A stretch of 64,000 nt of DNA from Bacteroidetes bacterium UBA4414 (lineage in GTDB: Bacteria; Bacteroidota; Bacteroidia; Chitinophagales; Chitinophagaceae): contig DGQM01000010.1 of NCBI GenBank assembly GCA_002389765.1, positions 10,160 through 74,159 on the forward strand, given 5' to 3'. This document shows, in pieces, positions 10,388 to 19,889 of the stretch. The position numbers were made by a program, and so were the translations under genes. Each line of letters opens with the position of its first letter. Within the stretch, counting starts at the first letter, position 1. The notes beneath the pieces are model-generated. The model was not told the DNA's origin, ran no database searches, and saw only the letters and a list, made by a program, of their open reading frames with translations.

Positions 10388-11206
10388 ATGAATTCAATAT
10401 CACTGTTTTTCGAAACCAAACAGGGTAAGTATATTAAAAACCTGATTATCGGTCTGGGTGCGTCTGTAGTATTGATGGGAGCGCTGTTTAAAATTCAGCA
10501 CTGGCCAGGTGCAGGTCCGATGCTGACAGCTGGTATGTTGACTGAAGCATTCATCTTCGCATTGTTGGGTCTTCTCCCGCCACATAAAGATTACTACTGG
10601 GAACGTTTCTATCCAAACATCGATGAGAATCCTCATGTAGAAGCTTATAAAAAAGGTACTAAGTTCGATTCCGGTGCAGGTAAAATTTCTCCGGGAGCAT
10701 CTCTGGATAAAATGATGGAAGATGCACAAATTACACCGGCTAACATCCGTAAACTGGGTGAAAACTTCCAACGCTTTGGTGTAGTTGTAGAACAAATCAA
10801 AGATATATCTGACATCACATCTGCTACTGGTGAATACTCTCAGAGTGCACGTGAAGCAGCTAGTGCATTGGGCGAAATGAAAAATACTTTCATTGGTGCT
10901 TCAAACACAATGGCTTCATTCAACAATGCGGCTGATGATACAGCTAAATTCCACGAACAAGTAGTTGTTCTGTCTCGCAATCTGGGTTCTCTGAATCAGA
11001 TTTATGAAGTAGAACTGCAAGATGCTAATAACCACCTGAAAGCTATGAACAAATTCTATAGCAATCTGGTAAGTGCATCTGATGCAATGGCTTCAAGTGC
11101 AACTGATGCAGTAGCGGCTAAAGATCAGATTTCTCTGCTGTCTAAGAACCTGACAACATTGAACTCAATATATGGAAACATGCTTGCTGCAATGCAAGGT
11201 CGTTAA
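10388..11206 (+). CDS. gldL: gliding motility / T9SS motor protein GldL (PorL homologue)
   Basis: Two N-terminal TM helices (GASVVLMGALFKIQHWPGAG...) and a coiled-coil C-terminus. It lies between gldK and gldM. Confidence 0.8.
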   Translation: MNSISLFFETKQGKYIKNLIIGLGASVVLMGALFKIQHWPGAGPMLTAGMLTEAFIFALLGLLPPHKDYYWERFYPNIDENPHVEAYKKGTKFDSGAGKISPGASLDKMMEDAQITPANIRKLGENFQRFGVVVEQIKDISDITSATGEYSQSAREAASALGEMKNTFIGASNTMASFNNAADDTAKFHEQVVVLSRNLGSLNQIYEVELQDANNHLKAMNKFYSNLVSASDAMASSATDAVAAKDQISLLSKNLTTLNSIYGNMLAAMQGR

Positions 11207-11275
11207 TAGTAGCTATAAAGCAGGTATTATTAATTAACTAGAAACAATTTAGATAACTCGTAAATTTTTTGCAGC

Positions 11276-12820
11276 ATGTCAATGCCTAAAGAGCCACGGC
11301 AGTTAATGATCAACCTCATGTACTTGGTGTTGACTGCTATGCTGGCGCTTAACGTGTCTTCGGAAATTCTGCACGCTTTCGAAACAATCAATCAGAGTAT
11401 CACTTCTTCTAATAAAGCAATTGAAGAGAAGAACAGCAAACTCTACAAAGGATTGGATGATCAGGAAGCGCAGGAAGCTTCTCGCGACCGTGTGAAACCT
11501 TATAATGATAAAGCTAAGCAAGTTAAAAATGCTTCTGCTGAAATGATAAAATACCTCGAAGACTGGAAAGAGAAAATCGTTCAGGAATCAGGTGGCCGTG
11601 AAGAAGACGGTACTATCAAACGTAAAGATAACATCGACGCCTCTACTATGTTGTTGGTAGAAAAGAAAGGTGGTGATGAAATCAAAAATAAACTGACTCA
11701 GCTGCGCGAAATGATGTTGAGTGTAGTATCTGCAAACGCAAAAGAGCAATTGTCTAATGATTTGCCTATGAAAGTTGTTAACCCTGAGAAATCAGATAAC
11801 AACCCTCAGGCAGACTGGTCTACAGGTAATTTCTACAATATGCCTACAATGGCGGTTGTTACATTGCTTGCAAAGTTCCAGAATGACGTTCGTAATAGTG
11901 AAGCGGTTATCATTAACCAATTAGCTAATGAAGCAGGTGACATTCAGGTTAAGTTTGATGAAATACAAGCAATCGCTGTACCTAAAAACAGTTATGTTTT
12001 AGCTGGTCAGAAAGTTGAAGCTAACATCATGATTGCTGCATATAACAAAGCAGTGAATCCTCAGGTTACTTCAAGTGGTGGTCGTGTTGTAAAAGTTGAA
12101 AATGGTTTGGCTACTTGGGAAACTACAGCAGCAGGTGTTGGTCAGCAAACCGTACGTGGCACTGTAACATTGGATCTTGGTCCTCGCAAAGAAACTAAAC
12201 CTTATGAGTTTACTTATATGGTGGGTTCTGAAGGTGCATCAATGCAGTTGGACAAAATGAACGTATTCTATATAGGTGTTCCTAACCCAATTACGGTATC
12301 TGCTGCGGGTTATTCACTTGAAGACGTATCAGTTGATATCCCTGGCGCTAGTGTAAAAGGTGGTACTGCTAAAGGTAAATTTGAAGTTACTGTTACTAAA
12401 GCTGGTAATGTAATGGCTAATATCATGGCTAAAACTGCTGCCGGTATGAAAAAAGTTGGATCTATGGAAATCCGTGTTAAACGTATCCCTGATCCGGTAG
12501 CGAAAGTTGGTGGTCAGATTGGTGGTGGTATGTTCTCAAGCATCTTCAAATCTCAATTAGGTGTTGTAGCTGCTCTTGACAATTTCGACTTCGATGCTAA
12601 ATTTGTAGTAACAAGTTTTGAATTCAGTGTTGTTCCTAAACGTGGTGAACCGATTGGTCCGTTCCCTGTAAGGAGTTCAAGATTCGAATCAAACTCACAA
12701 GTAATGCAAGCAATTGAAAGGTGTAAGCCAGGTGATAAAGTGTATATTGAAGAAATTCAAGCACGTGGCCCTGATGGAACCACTCGTAAATTGGGTACTG
12801 TAGGTTTGACACTTAAGTAA
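11276..12820 (+). CDS. gldM: gliding motility / T9SS protein GldM (PorM homologue)
   Basis: Characteristic N-terminus PRQLMINLMYLVLTAMLALNVS with a single TM helix, followed by a long periplasmic region. Confidence 0.85.
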   Translation: MSMPKEPRQLMINLMYLVLTAMLALNVSSEILHAFETINQSITSSNKAIEEKNSKLYKGLDDQEAQEASRDRVKPYNDKAKQVKNASAEMIKYLEDWKEKIVQESGGREEDGTIKRKDNIDASTMLLVEKKGGDEIKNKLTQLREMMLSVVSANAKEQLSNDLPMKVVNPEKSDNNPQADWSTGNFYNMPTMAVVTLLAKFQNDVRNSEAVIINQLANEAGDIQVKFDEIQAIAVPKNSYVLAGQKVEANIMIAAYNKAVNPQVTSSGGRVVKVENGLATWETTAAGVGQQTVRGTVTLDLGPRKETKPYEFTYMVGSEGASMQLDKMNVFYIGVPNPITVSAAGYSLEDVSVDIPGASVKGGTAKGKFEVTVTKAGNVMANIMAKTAAGMKKVGSMEIRVKRIPDPVAKVGGQIGGGMFSSIFKSQLGVVAALDNFDFDAKFVVTSFEFSVVPKRGEPIGPFPVRSSRFESNSQVMQAIERCKPGDKVYIEEIQARGPDGTTRKLGTVGLTLK

Positions 12821-12860
12821 TTTTATATAACTTTATTAATTAGCAAATAGATTCAGGATT

Positions 12861-13763
12861 ATGAGTATCCTCAAGACATATAAAATCGCAGCTTCTACCG
12901 CATTATTATTCATGGGTGGTGTAGCATTTGCTCAGAACGATCCGGCAAGCAATTTCAGCAGCTATGATGGCGTTACTAAAGATTGGAAACCTTCTTTGGT
13001 AAGGGACGGTGTATATGATCGTGTTCAGCACATCAATTCACCATTATTGCCTCAAAGCGTTCGCGAAAATGACTTGATGTACAAGAAGCGTATCTGGAGG
13101 GAAATCGATATTCGTGAAAAACAGAATATGGCATTCCGTTATCCTGGCGATGACTATACAGGTGGTGGTCAGTTTATCGAGATTATCCTTGATGCTGTAA
13201 GCAAAGGCAAAATCAAAGCTTACTCAAACATGGATGACAGGTTTACTACTGCTTTGACGAAAGAGCAAATCATTGATATGCTTGTTGGTCAGCCTGATAC
13301 TACTTGGGTTACAGATCCTGAAACACAGCAAGAGAAAATGGTTATCAAAAGAAGGGAATTCAACCCTGATGTTGTTACCAAATATCGTCTGAAAGAAGAT
13401 TGGTACATTGATAGGAATGTAGGCCGTATGCAAAAACAAATTATCGGTATCGCTCCATTCAAAGATATCTATAATGACGATGGATCTTTCCGTGCATCAC
13501 AAGCTGTGTTTTGGTTGTACTATCCTGAAATTACAAGTATGCTTGCTCAATACGAAGTGTTCAACCCGGATAATGACGTAGCACGTATGACTTGGTATGA
13601 CTTCTTTGAAGGTCGCTATTTCGCTAGCCGTATAATTAAAGTTAGCAATCCATTCGACTACTCTTTCAAAGAAAAAGGTATGGGTAATCTGGAAGCGCTG
13701 TACGAAGGACAAAAAGCTACAGAAACACTCTTCAACAAAGAACATGATATGTGGGTTTATTAA
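12861..13763 (+). CDS. gldN: gliding motility / T9SS protein GldN (PorN homologue)
   Basis: Signal peptide, a size of about 300 aa, and position as the fourth gene of the gldKLMN operon. Confidence 0.8.
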   Translation: MSILKTYKIAASTALLFMGGVAFAQNDPASNFSSYDGVTKDWKPSLVRDGVYDRVQHINSPLLPQSVRENDLMYKKRIWREIDIREKQNMAFRYPGDDYTGGGQFIEIILDAVSKGKIKAYSNMDDRFTTALTKEQIIDMLVGQPDTTWVTDPETQQEKMVIKRREFNPDVVTKYRLKEDWYIDRNVGRMQKQIIGIAPFKDIYNDDGSFRASQAVFWLYYPEITSMLAQYEVFNPDNDVARMTWYDFFEGRYFASRIIKVSNPFDYSFKEKGMGNLEALYEGQKATETLFNKEHDMWVY

Positions 13764-13783
13764 TACCACTTTCAAAGAATATA

Positions 13784-13818
13784 GAAACGCCACCAATATT
13801 TGGTGGCGTTTCCTTTTT
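13784..13818 (+). terminator. intrinsic terminator of the gldKLMN operon
   Basis: GAAACGCCACCA pairs with TGGTGGCGTTTC around a 5-nt loop, followed by CTTTTT. Confidence 0.8.
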
Positions 13819-13865
13819 ATCAACCCTCTATTTGAATTATCTTGCACCGTCTTTAATTTACTAGA

Positions 13866-14597
13866 ATGGATTCCAAAACATTGCCCAGACTGGAAGTTTG
13901 CTTGTCTCCTGCACTATTACATCTCTACGACACTAAAGGTGCTGTTGTGGTTATTATTGATGTATTCAGAGCAACGTCTACTATTGCTGCTGCACTACAC
14001 AACGGTGCTAAAAGCGTGATACCGGTTGCTGCTGTACAGGAATGTATAGAGCTGGGTAGCCGTATCGAAAATAGTATTACAGCAGGCGAGCGTGACGGTA
14101 AGGTAGCAGAAGGTCTGCAGTATGGGAATTCGCCATCAGAGTATCCTCGTGAGTTTATAGATGGTAAAACACTGGTACTTACAACTACAAACGGTACACG
14201 TTTGCTGCACATGGTAAAGGATGCGGATACTATTATTACGGGTTCATTCCTTAATCTTACTGCTGTATGCGACTTCCTGATAGCTTCAGGTAAAAATGTA
14301 CTGCTAGGTTGCGCAGCTTGGAAAGACCGTTTTAATCTGGAAGATACTTTGTTTGCTGGTGCTGTTGTAAACCGCATTAAAGAGCACTACACCATCAATT
14401 GCGATAGTGCACGTGCTGCAAATTACTTATACGAACACTCATCTGAAACCAGCTTTATTGAGTTTTTAAAAGATAGCTCTCATTACAAACGCCTTTCGGC
14501 ATACGGACTGGCTTCTGATATGGAGTATTGCGCTACGCCAGATTTGCATCCCGTAGTGCCTATATTAAAAGGTAATGAATTGGTGATACACCAATAG
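13866..14597 (+). CDS. 2-phosphosulfolactate phosphatase (ComB) family protein
   Basis: VVVIIDVFRATSTIAAALHNGAKSVIPV and LTTTNGT motifs, with a length typical of the ComB family. Confidence 0.7.
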   Translation: MDSKTLPRLEVCLSPALLHLYDTKGAVVVIIDVFRATSTIAAALHNGAKSVIPVAAVQECIELGSRIENSITAGERDGKVAEGLQYGNSPSEYPREFIDGKTLVLTTTNGTRLLHMVKDADTIITGSFLNLTAVCDFLIASGKNVLLGCAAWKDRFNLEDTLFAGAVVNRIKEHYTINCDSARAANYLYEHSSETSFIEFLKDSSHYKRLSAYGLASDMEYCATPDLHPVVPILKGNELVIHQ

Positions 14598-14603
14598 AAT
14601 ATT

Positions 14604-14631
14604 AAAAGGGGTAGCAATTGCTACCCCTTTT
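14604..14631. terminator. bidirectional terminator hairpin
   Basis: Palindrome AAAAGGGGTAGCAATTGCTACCCCTTTT between convergent genes. Confidence 0.8.
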
Positions 14632-14657
14632 CTATACATAACAGCCGCTACTATGTA

Positions 14658-15614
14658 CTATAGTTCTGTCTTTTTCACCGGCTTATTAAAGATGATGTGT
14701 GTAGTGGTTGTTTTACCATCGCGTTGGTATTGCAATGGTATTTTCTGATTGCGTTTTGAAAGTGCAACGCTTTCCTGCAGATCGTCTACCGAAACAATTG
14801 TTTCATCATTCAGCTTATGTATGATATCTCCCTTGTGTAGTCCTGCTGCTGCTGCTGCGGAGTTTGGTTGTACGTCAGCCACTTTTACACCTTTACCATC
14901 AGTCAGGTCTTCAGCTATTATACCCATTTTAGGGGCATCTGCATTAGGCATATCGTTGATGTCGAACGTAAAAGGACGCACCATAGGGTTTGGTATAAAG
15001 CGTTCGTTCATATCATTCGGATACCTGAAAACCCGCGCTGTGGAAGTATTTGCTTTAGATAACTCAGCATCTGTCAGTTTAGATTTTCCGTTGCGCTCGT
15101 AGGTAATGCTTACTTTTTCTCCCGGTTTGAAGGCGGCTATTTCATCAGATAATTGTTTCCCGTCTTTTATAGCAACATCATTTATGTGCGTAATGACATC
15201 GCCACTTTCCAGGCCTGCTTCATCCGCAGCAGAGCCCGGCATTACGCGCTCTATTGTTGCTCCGTTTGTCTTTTTATCGTTCAGGGTATATACACCCAGC
15301 ATTGCTTTGTTTTCGCCAGTAGCCTCTCTGTCAAAGAACGGATGCATTGGTATTGAACCAATATCATCGCCATTATCAATGATAATCTTCTTTTGCAGAT
15401 TGCCGTTTTCTGTATTAGCTACTTTTTCTCCGTTTATGAAAACCTCCCCATCACGTACCTCTATAGTTGTACTGGAACGCTTGCCATCTTTTATGATGAT
15501 GGTTTCTTCGCTTTTTATCTTTTCTGCCTTTTTGCCGTTTGATTGCTGAGAATAGCCGCTTGTAGCAGAAAGGCATACTGCCAAAGCTGTAGCTGTTACA
15601 AATACTGTTTTCAT
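14658..15614 (-). CDS. secreted protein with two PDZ domains and no protease domain
   Basis: Signal peptide. Two PDZ-like segments (GATIERVMPGSAADEAGLESGDVITHIND and GVKVADVQPNSAAAAAGLHKGDIIHKLND). ATG at 15614 is preferred to the GTG at 15626. Confidence 0.7.
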   Translation of the reverse strand: MKTVFVTATALAVCLSATSGYSQQSNGKKAEKIKSEETIIIKDGKRSSTTIEVRDGEVFINGEKVANTENGNLQKKIIIDNGDDIGSIPMHPFFDREATGENKAMLGVYTLNDKKTNGATIERVMPGSAADEAGLESGDVITHINDVAIKDGKQLSDEIAAFKPGEKVSITYERNGKSKLTDAELSKANTSTARVFRYPNDMNERFIPNPMVRPFTFDINDMPNADAPKMGIIAEDLTDGKGVKVADVQPNSAAAAAGLHKGDIIHKLNDETIVSVDDLQESVALSKRNQKIPLQYQRDGKTTTTHIIFNKPVKKTEL

Positions 15615-15713
15615 ATAAAAAAGCACGATTTTATAGATACGAATTTAGGTACCCATAAAACCGTGCGGTGTCAAAACTCCGTTAAAACGTATCTGAAAAT
15701 CTGTTAAAATATG

Positions 15714-16355
15714 CTAACCCTGCAAGAAAGGGTTATAGAGCTTCTCGTTGCGGATGGTAGTATTTGGCCCGTGCCCGCTATATACAACTGTATCTTCTGG
15801 CAATATAAAAAGTTGTGTTTTGATGCTGTTTATAAGGGTGTTGAAGTCGCCGCCCGGCAGGTCTGTACGGCCAATACTACCGTTAAACAGCACATCACCT
15901 GCAATCAGCCATTTGTCATCAGGGCTGCAAAAGCTGATGCTGCCGGGAGAGTGCCCCGGTGTAAATAGCACTTGCACATCTTCAAGCCCTGCAAACGGAC
16001 TGCTGCCTTCTGTAATGAAGAAATCGGGCTCGGGTGCTTTGCCAAAAGTGAAGCCAAACAGCATGGCTGCACCTACTGCACCATTTAATACAGGCGTATC
16101 TTTTGTATGTATGCCAAATGGTATATTATAAGCCTCTTTGATGGCCGCCACGCCAAATATATGGTCTATGTGAGTATGGGTATTGATGATAGCTTTCGGC
16201 TTCAATTGATTATCAGCAATATACTTCTTCAAATGGGCTACTTCTGCCGCATCATACATGCCCGGGTCTATTATCCAGCAGTCTTTTGCGTTATTATGAA
16301 TGACATAGGTATTTTCCTGAAAAGCATTAAAAGTAAAACATTCAATATGTAGCAT
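15714..16355 (-). CDS. MBL-fold metallo-hydrolase (glyoxalase II-like)
   Basis: HxHxDH motif (INTHTHIDHIFG), about 213 aa, with a C-terminal SGHGP motif. Confidence 0.8.
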   Translation of the reverse strand: MLHIECFTFNAFQENTYVIHNNAKDCWIIDPGMYDAAEVAHLKKYIADNQLKPKAIINTHTHIDHIFGVAAIKEAYNIPFGIHTKDTPVLNGAVGAAMLFGFTFGKAPEPDFFITEGSSPFAGLEDVQVLFTPGHSPGSISFCSPDDKWLIAGDVLFNGSIGRTDLPGGDFNTLINSIKTQLFILPEDTVVYSGHGPNTTIRNEKLYNPFLQG

Positions 16356-16454
16356 TGCTTAAGCTATTTTTCATTAATTTAGAACACAAACTTAAAGCTT
16401 AGAAGTCAATTAAACCGAGTAATAACGCAAGGTTTCTTTAACAGTATTTCGTTT

Positions 16455-19400
16455 ATGAAAATCAACCCTCAGTACAGGGCGGCTATACTATCTGTTGCAT
16501 CCACTATTTTGCTGGGTAGCAGTGCGTATCAGCTACACGCACAAACCAATCTCGAAACCTTCGGGCAGAACAGGGTTCAGTACCGAAAATTCGACTGGAA
16601 ATATTTTGATACAAAGCACTTTCGCATATATCACTATGACAGGGCAGGGCGAGACCTTGCAAGATATGTTGCCGAGCAGGTAGAAAATGATATTCGTGTT
16701 GTAGAGCGCAAGATGAGTGGTAAGTTTCCGCATAGATTCAAAATAGTTGTTTACAATACTTACGACGAGTACCGTCAAACCAATATTGGCAGAACATTTG
16801 CGTCGCAACTGCAGGACGCACCTGCAGGTACTATTGATGTAGTGGGCGATAAGCTGACAGTTTACTTTAGCGGTATACATACAGACCTGCGCCGCCAGAC
16901 AAGAGAAGGCATGTCGCGCGTTATTATGGAGCGTATGTTGTTTGGTGAAGGCTTCCGTGAGATAGTACGCAATGCTTTGGTTTCTAACATGCCAAGTTGG
17001 ACAGCATATGGCTTTGTATCTTATTTGGTAGATGGCTGGGATGCAAAAGAAAATAGTGATTGGAAGAATATACTGGAAGCACATCCGAAATCAAGCTTTT
17101 ACCAACTGGCGGAGAAGTACCCGGACCAGGCAGGTAAGGCATTCTGGAAATATGTAGCGGATAAAAACGGCGATAACGGGGCTAAAAATCTGCTGTATAC
17201 GATACAGTCTAAAAACAGCCTGAACCAGGGTGTGAAGGCAGGGCTGGGTATGGGTATAAAACCTGTGTTCGACTCTGCACTCAATTACTTTAAAACAATC
17301 TATCAGCAAGATGAGCAATTTCAGGAGAAACCTGATACAAACAACTTGCTTGTTGAAGTACCAGTACCTAAAGACGGTTGGGTATTGAGAAACTTTAAAG
17401 TATCTCCAACAGGTTCAGACGTAGCATATATTGCTTACCGCAATGGTGAGTATGAGGTGCGTATGACAAGCTCTCGCGGAGATAAGCCTACCATAGTAAT
17501 GCTGAAAGGCGGCAAACTTGATTATAATGAAAAGCAACCTGACCCTGATTATCCATTGCTGGCATGGTCTAATAATGGCTACAAGCTGGCTATTATGTAC
17601 AGGGTGAAATCGAATGTACTGTTGCGTGTTTATAACTCGTACAATGCAAGGATAGAGAACTATAAAATTCCGGGCAATCGTTTTGATAGAGCATTAGGCC
17701 TTACATTCAACGAAGACGATGATAAAATGGTGTTCTCTGCCATTAAGAAAAGCCAGACAGATTTGTTCGAGTTTATCATCAAAGGCGCTAAGCTGAAAAA
17801 TATCACCAATGATGTGTGGGACGATGTGCAACCGCAATTTGTAAGTGGCGGCTCTCGCAGAGGTTTACTTTTCCTGTCAAACAGAACAAAGCCAAATCTG
17901 GATGTGCCTTTGCAGGTAAATGAATTGCCAAACGGCCCGATGAATGTGTTCTTCTACAACACAAAGACCAAACGCAAGGAGTTGTTGCAAATCAGTGATG
18001 TGAAAACAGGTAATGTAACACAACCTACGCAATACGGTACAGACAACTACGCATTTATCTATGATAGTAACGGTGTGCAAAACCAATACATCGTAGAGAT
18101 GAAAAAGAATGCTAGTAATAAAGAGTATGCAGTATCAATGCCTGTTACCAATCATACCAGAAACTTGCTTACGCATCAGTACAATCCTGCAGGCAATAAA
18201 GTTGCAGATGTATTGCAAGTGGGCGATAAGTACAAAGTGTACTTTAAGCCATTGCTGATACCTGGAAAAACAGCTTCTCCTAAACAGTTATCACCAACAT
18301 TGCTGAAGCAAAGCGACGATCATACTGCAAAAGACAAAGAAGCGCGCGAATCTGAAGGCAATGGTAGTGTGATGAAGAGTGGTAGCACATTCCAGACTGA
18401 ATTTAAAGAAGACGATGACTCAAAAGCTGCACGCAGAAAGCAGAATAAGATAAATGATGATACAGGTGCAGAAATAAATGTAGCCCAAGCCGCAGATAGC
18501 GAATATCTGAAAATGAAAGCACAACCATACAAGCTGTCTTTCAAACCGGATTTCCTGTCGCTGAAATTAGATAACAGTGTATTGTTCAATCGTTATCAGT
18601 CTATGGATCAGACAGGTGGCCGTTGGATAAACCCACCACTAAGTGGCATGCTGGCTGTAAGCCTGAACGACCTGATGGAAGATCATCGTATAACGGGTGG
18701 TATCAGGTTGCCATTGTCTTTGTCGGGCTCTACTTATTTCTTGCAATATGAAAATACGAAACGCAGGGTAGACTGGAGTATGATGTACCTGCGCAATTCT
18801 ACGTTCAGCAACTATAGCGTCCAGTATATTGATACAATCAGCAATACAACGATTGTGAAAGATCAGCTTGGTAAAACTGTTACCAATATGATTCAGGGTT
18901 CTGCTACCTATCCATTTGATAGAAGAAACAGCATAAGGATGCAACTGGCGTATCGCAACGATGCATTTCGTTTCAAGGCACAGGACCAACTGAGTTTGCT
19001 TTACGATGTAAAGGATAAAAATCAATCTTGGGTACTGAGCCGTGCAGAATATGTGTATGACAACTCAATCTCTCCTGCGTTAAACATCCGTAATGGTATA
19101 CGATACAAAATATTTGCAGAGTATATGTATCGTATGAATGGTAATACGGGTGGATTCTATGGTTTTGGTGCAGATGTTCGCAATTATACAAAGATTCGTA
19201 AAAACTTTATCTGGGCTACAAGATTGGCATTTGCACACTCCGGTGGCGATAAAAAGATTATGTATCAGATGGGGGGGGTAGATAATTGGATAAGCCCGCA
19301 GGTTAGCCAATACACACCCATACGTCCGCAGCAGGACTACGCATTTATAGCACAGGCAAACAATATGCGCGGATACAAACAAAATGCGCGTAATGGTAAC

Positions 19401-19757
19401 ACCTATATAGTTGTAAATACAGAGTTCAGGTTGCCAATACTTACAACCTTTATGAAAAGGCCAATACAGTCGCCAATGTTGAAAAACCTGCAATTGGTAG
19501 CGTTTGCAGATTTGGGTTCTGCATGGCAAGGCTTGCTGCCAACAACAGAAAAACTGCAGAATAATACCTATCTGCCAAGCTACGGTAGCAACAGCCAGGT
19601 AAATCTGGTGATTGTTGACGAAACAGGTGGTATTTGTCTTGGTTATGGTGCGGGTATGCGTACCTCTGTATTTGGCTACTTCCTGCGTGTAGATGCAGCC
19701 AGCAATATCGATGATGGGGGCTTGCTATTCCACTTCTCTATCGGTACAGATTTCTAA
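16455..19757 (+). CDS. large outer-membrane protein with a TolB-like beta-propeller region and a C-terminal Omp85 (bacterial surface antigen)-like beta-barrel
   Basis: Signal peptide. Central repeats resembling PD40/TolB blades (VSPTGSDVAYIAYRNGEYEV, LLAWSNNGYKLAIMY). A K/D/E-rich linker. The C-terminal barrel-like region ends in ...HFSIGTDF with a terminal aromatic residue. I recognised no POTRA repeats by eye. Confidence 0.45.
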   Translation: MKINPQYRAAILSVASTILLGSSAYQLHAQTNLETFGQNRVQYRKFDWKYFDTKHFRIYHYDRAGRDLARYVAEQVENDIRVVERKMSGKFPHRFKIVVYNTYDEYRQTNIGRTFASQLQDAPAGTIDVVGDKLTVYFSGIHTDLRRQTREGMSRVIMERMLFGEGFREIVRNALVSNMPSWTAYGFVSYLVDGWDAKENSDWKNILEAHPKSSFYQLAEKYPDQAGKAFWKYVADKNGDNGAKNLLYTIQSKNSLNQGVKAGLGMGIKPVFDSALNYFKTIYQQDEQFQEKPDTNNLLVEVPVPKDGWVLRNFKVSPTGSDVAYIAYRNGEYEVRMTSSRGDKPTIVMLKGGKLDYNEKQPDPDYPLLAWSNNGYKLAIMYRVKSNVLLRVYNSYNARIENYKIPGNRFDRALGLTFNEDDDKMVFSAIKKSQTDLFEFIIKGAKLKNITNDVWDDVQPQFVSGGSRRGLLFLSNRTKPNLDVPLQVNELPNGPMNVFFYNTKTKRKELLQISDVKTGNVTQPTQYGTDNYAFIYDSNGVQNQYIVEMKKNASNKEYAVSMPVTNHTRNLLTHQYNPAGNKVADVLQVGDKYKVYFKPLLIPGKTASPKQLSPTLLKQSDDHTAKDKEARESEGNGSVMKSGSTFQTEFKEDDDSKAARRKQNKINDDTGAEINVAQAADSEYLKMKAQPYKLSFKPDFLSLKLDNSVLFNRYQSMDQTGGRWINPPLSGMLAVSLNDLMEDHRITGGIRLPLSLSGSTYFLQYENTKRRVDWSMMYLRNSTFSNYSVQYIDTISNTTIVKDQLGKTVTNMIQGSATYPFDRRNSIRMQLAYRNDAFRFKAQDQLSLLYDVKDKNQSWVLSRAEYVYDNSISPALNIRNGIRYKIFAEYMYRMNGNTGGFYGFGADVRNYTKIRKNFIWATRLAFAHSGGDKKIMYQMGGVDNWISPQVSQYTPIRPQQDYAFIAQANNMRGYKQNARNGNTYIVVNTEFRLPILTTFMKRPIQSPMLKNLQLVAFADLGSAWQGLLPTTEKLQNNTYLPSYGSNSQVNLVIVDETGGICLGYGAGMRTSVFGYFLRVDAASNIDDGGLLFHFSIGTDF

Positions 19758-19777
19758 TATTGACATGATACATATTC

Positions 19778-19810
19778 AAAGAGCCTCTTGCAAAAGAGGC
19801 TCTTTCTTTT
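19778..19810 (+). terminator. intrinsic terminator after the Omp85-like gene
   Basis: AAAGAGCCTCTT pairs with AAGAGGCTCTTT around a GCAA loop, followed by a T-rich tract. It lies inside the ORF-track N-terminal extension of the next gene. Confidence 0.75.
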
Positions 19811-19889
19811 TAACAGCTTAGTTTCAGGGTATTGCGCTGCTTTTCATTACTTTTGCCAAGTATATATTGCACTTATATCGCATACCTGT

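Noticed and set aside
13744-14019. 91-aa ORF overlapping the gldN 3' end, the operon terminator and the comB-like 5' end.
   Set aside because: It crosses a terminator and two well-supported genes in other frames, so it is a spurious frame.
14843-14857. (CTG)5 microsatellite, plus the (AAC)4 runs next to the start codons at 22674 and 49490.
   Set aside because: They are too short to be convincing contingency repeats. The (CTG)5 run simply encodes an Ala run in a PDZ domain on the minus strand.
19788-19889. N-terminal extension of the MlaD-like ORF in the six-frame track.
   Set aside because: The extension runs through the intrinsic terminator of the upstream gene (19778-19810) and encodes no signal-like sequence. 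The ATG at 19890 directly precedes the expected TM helix.
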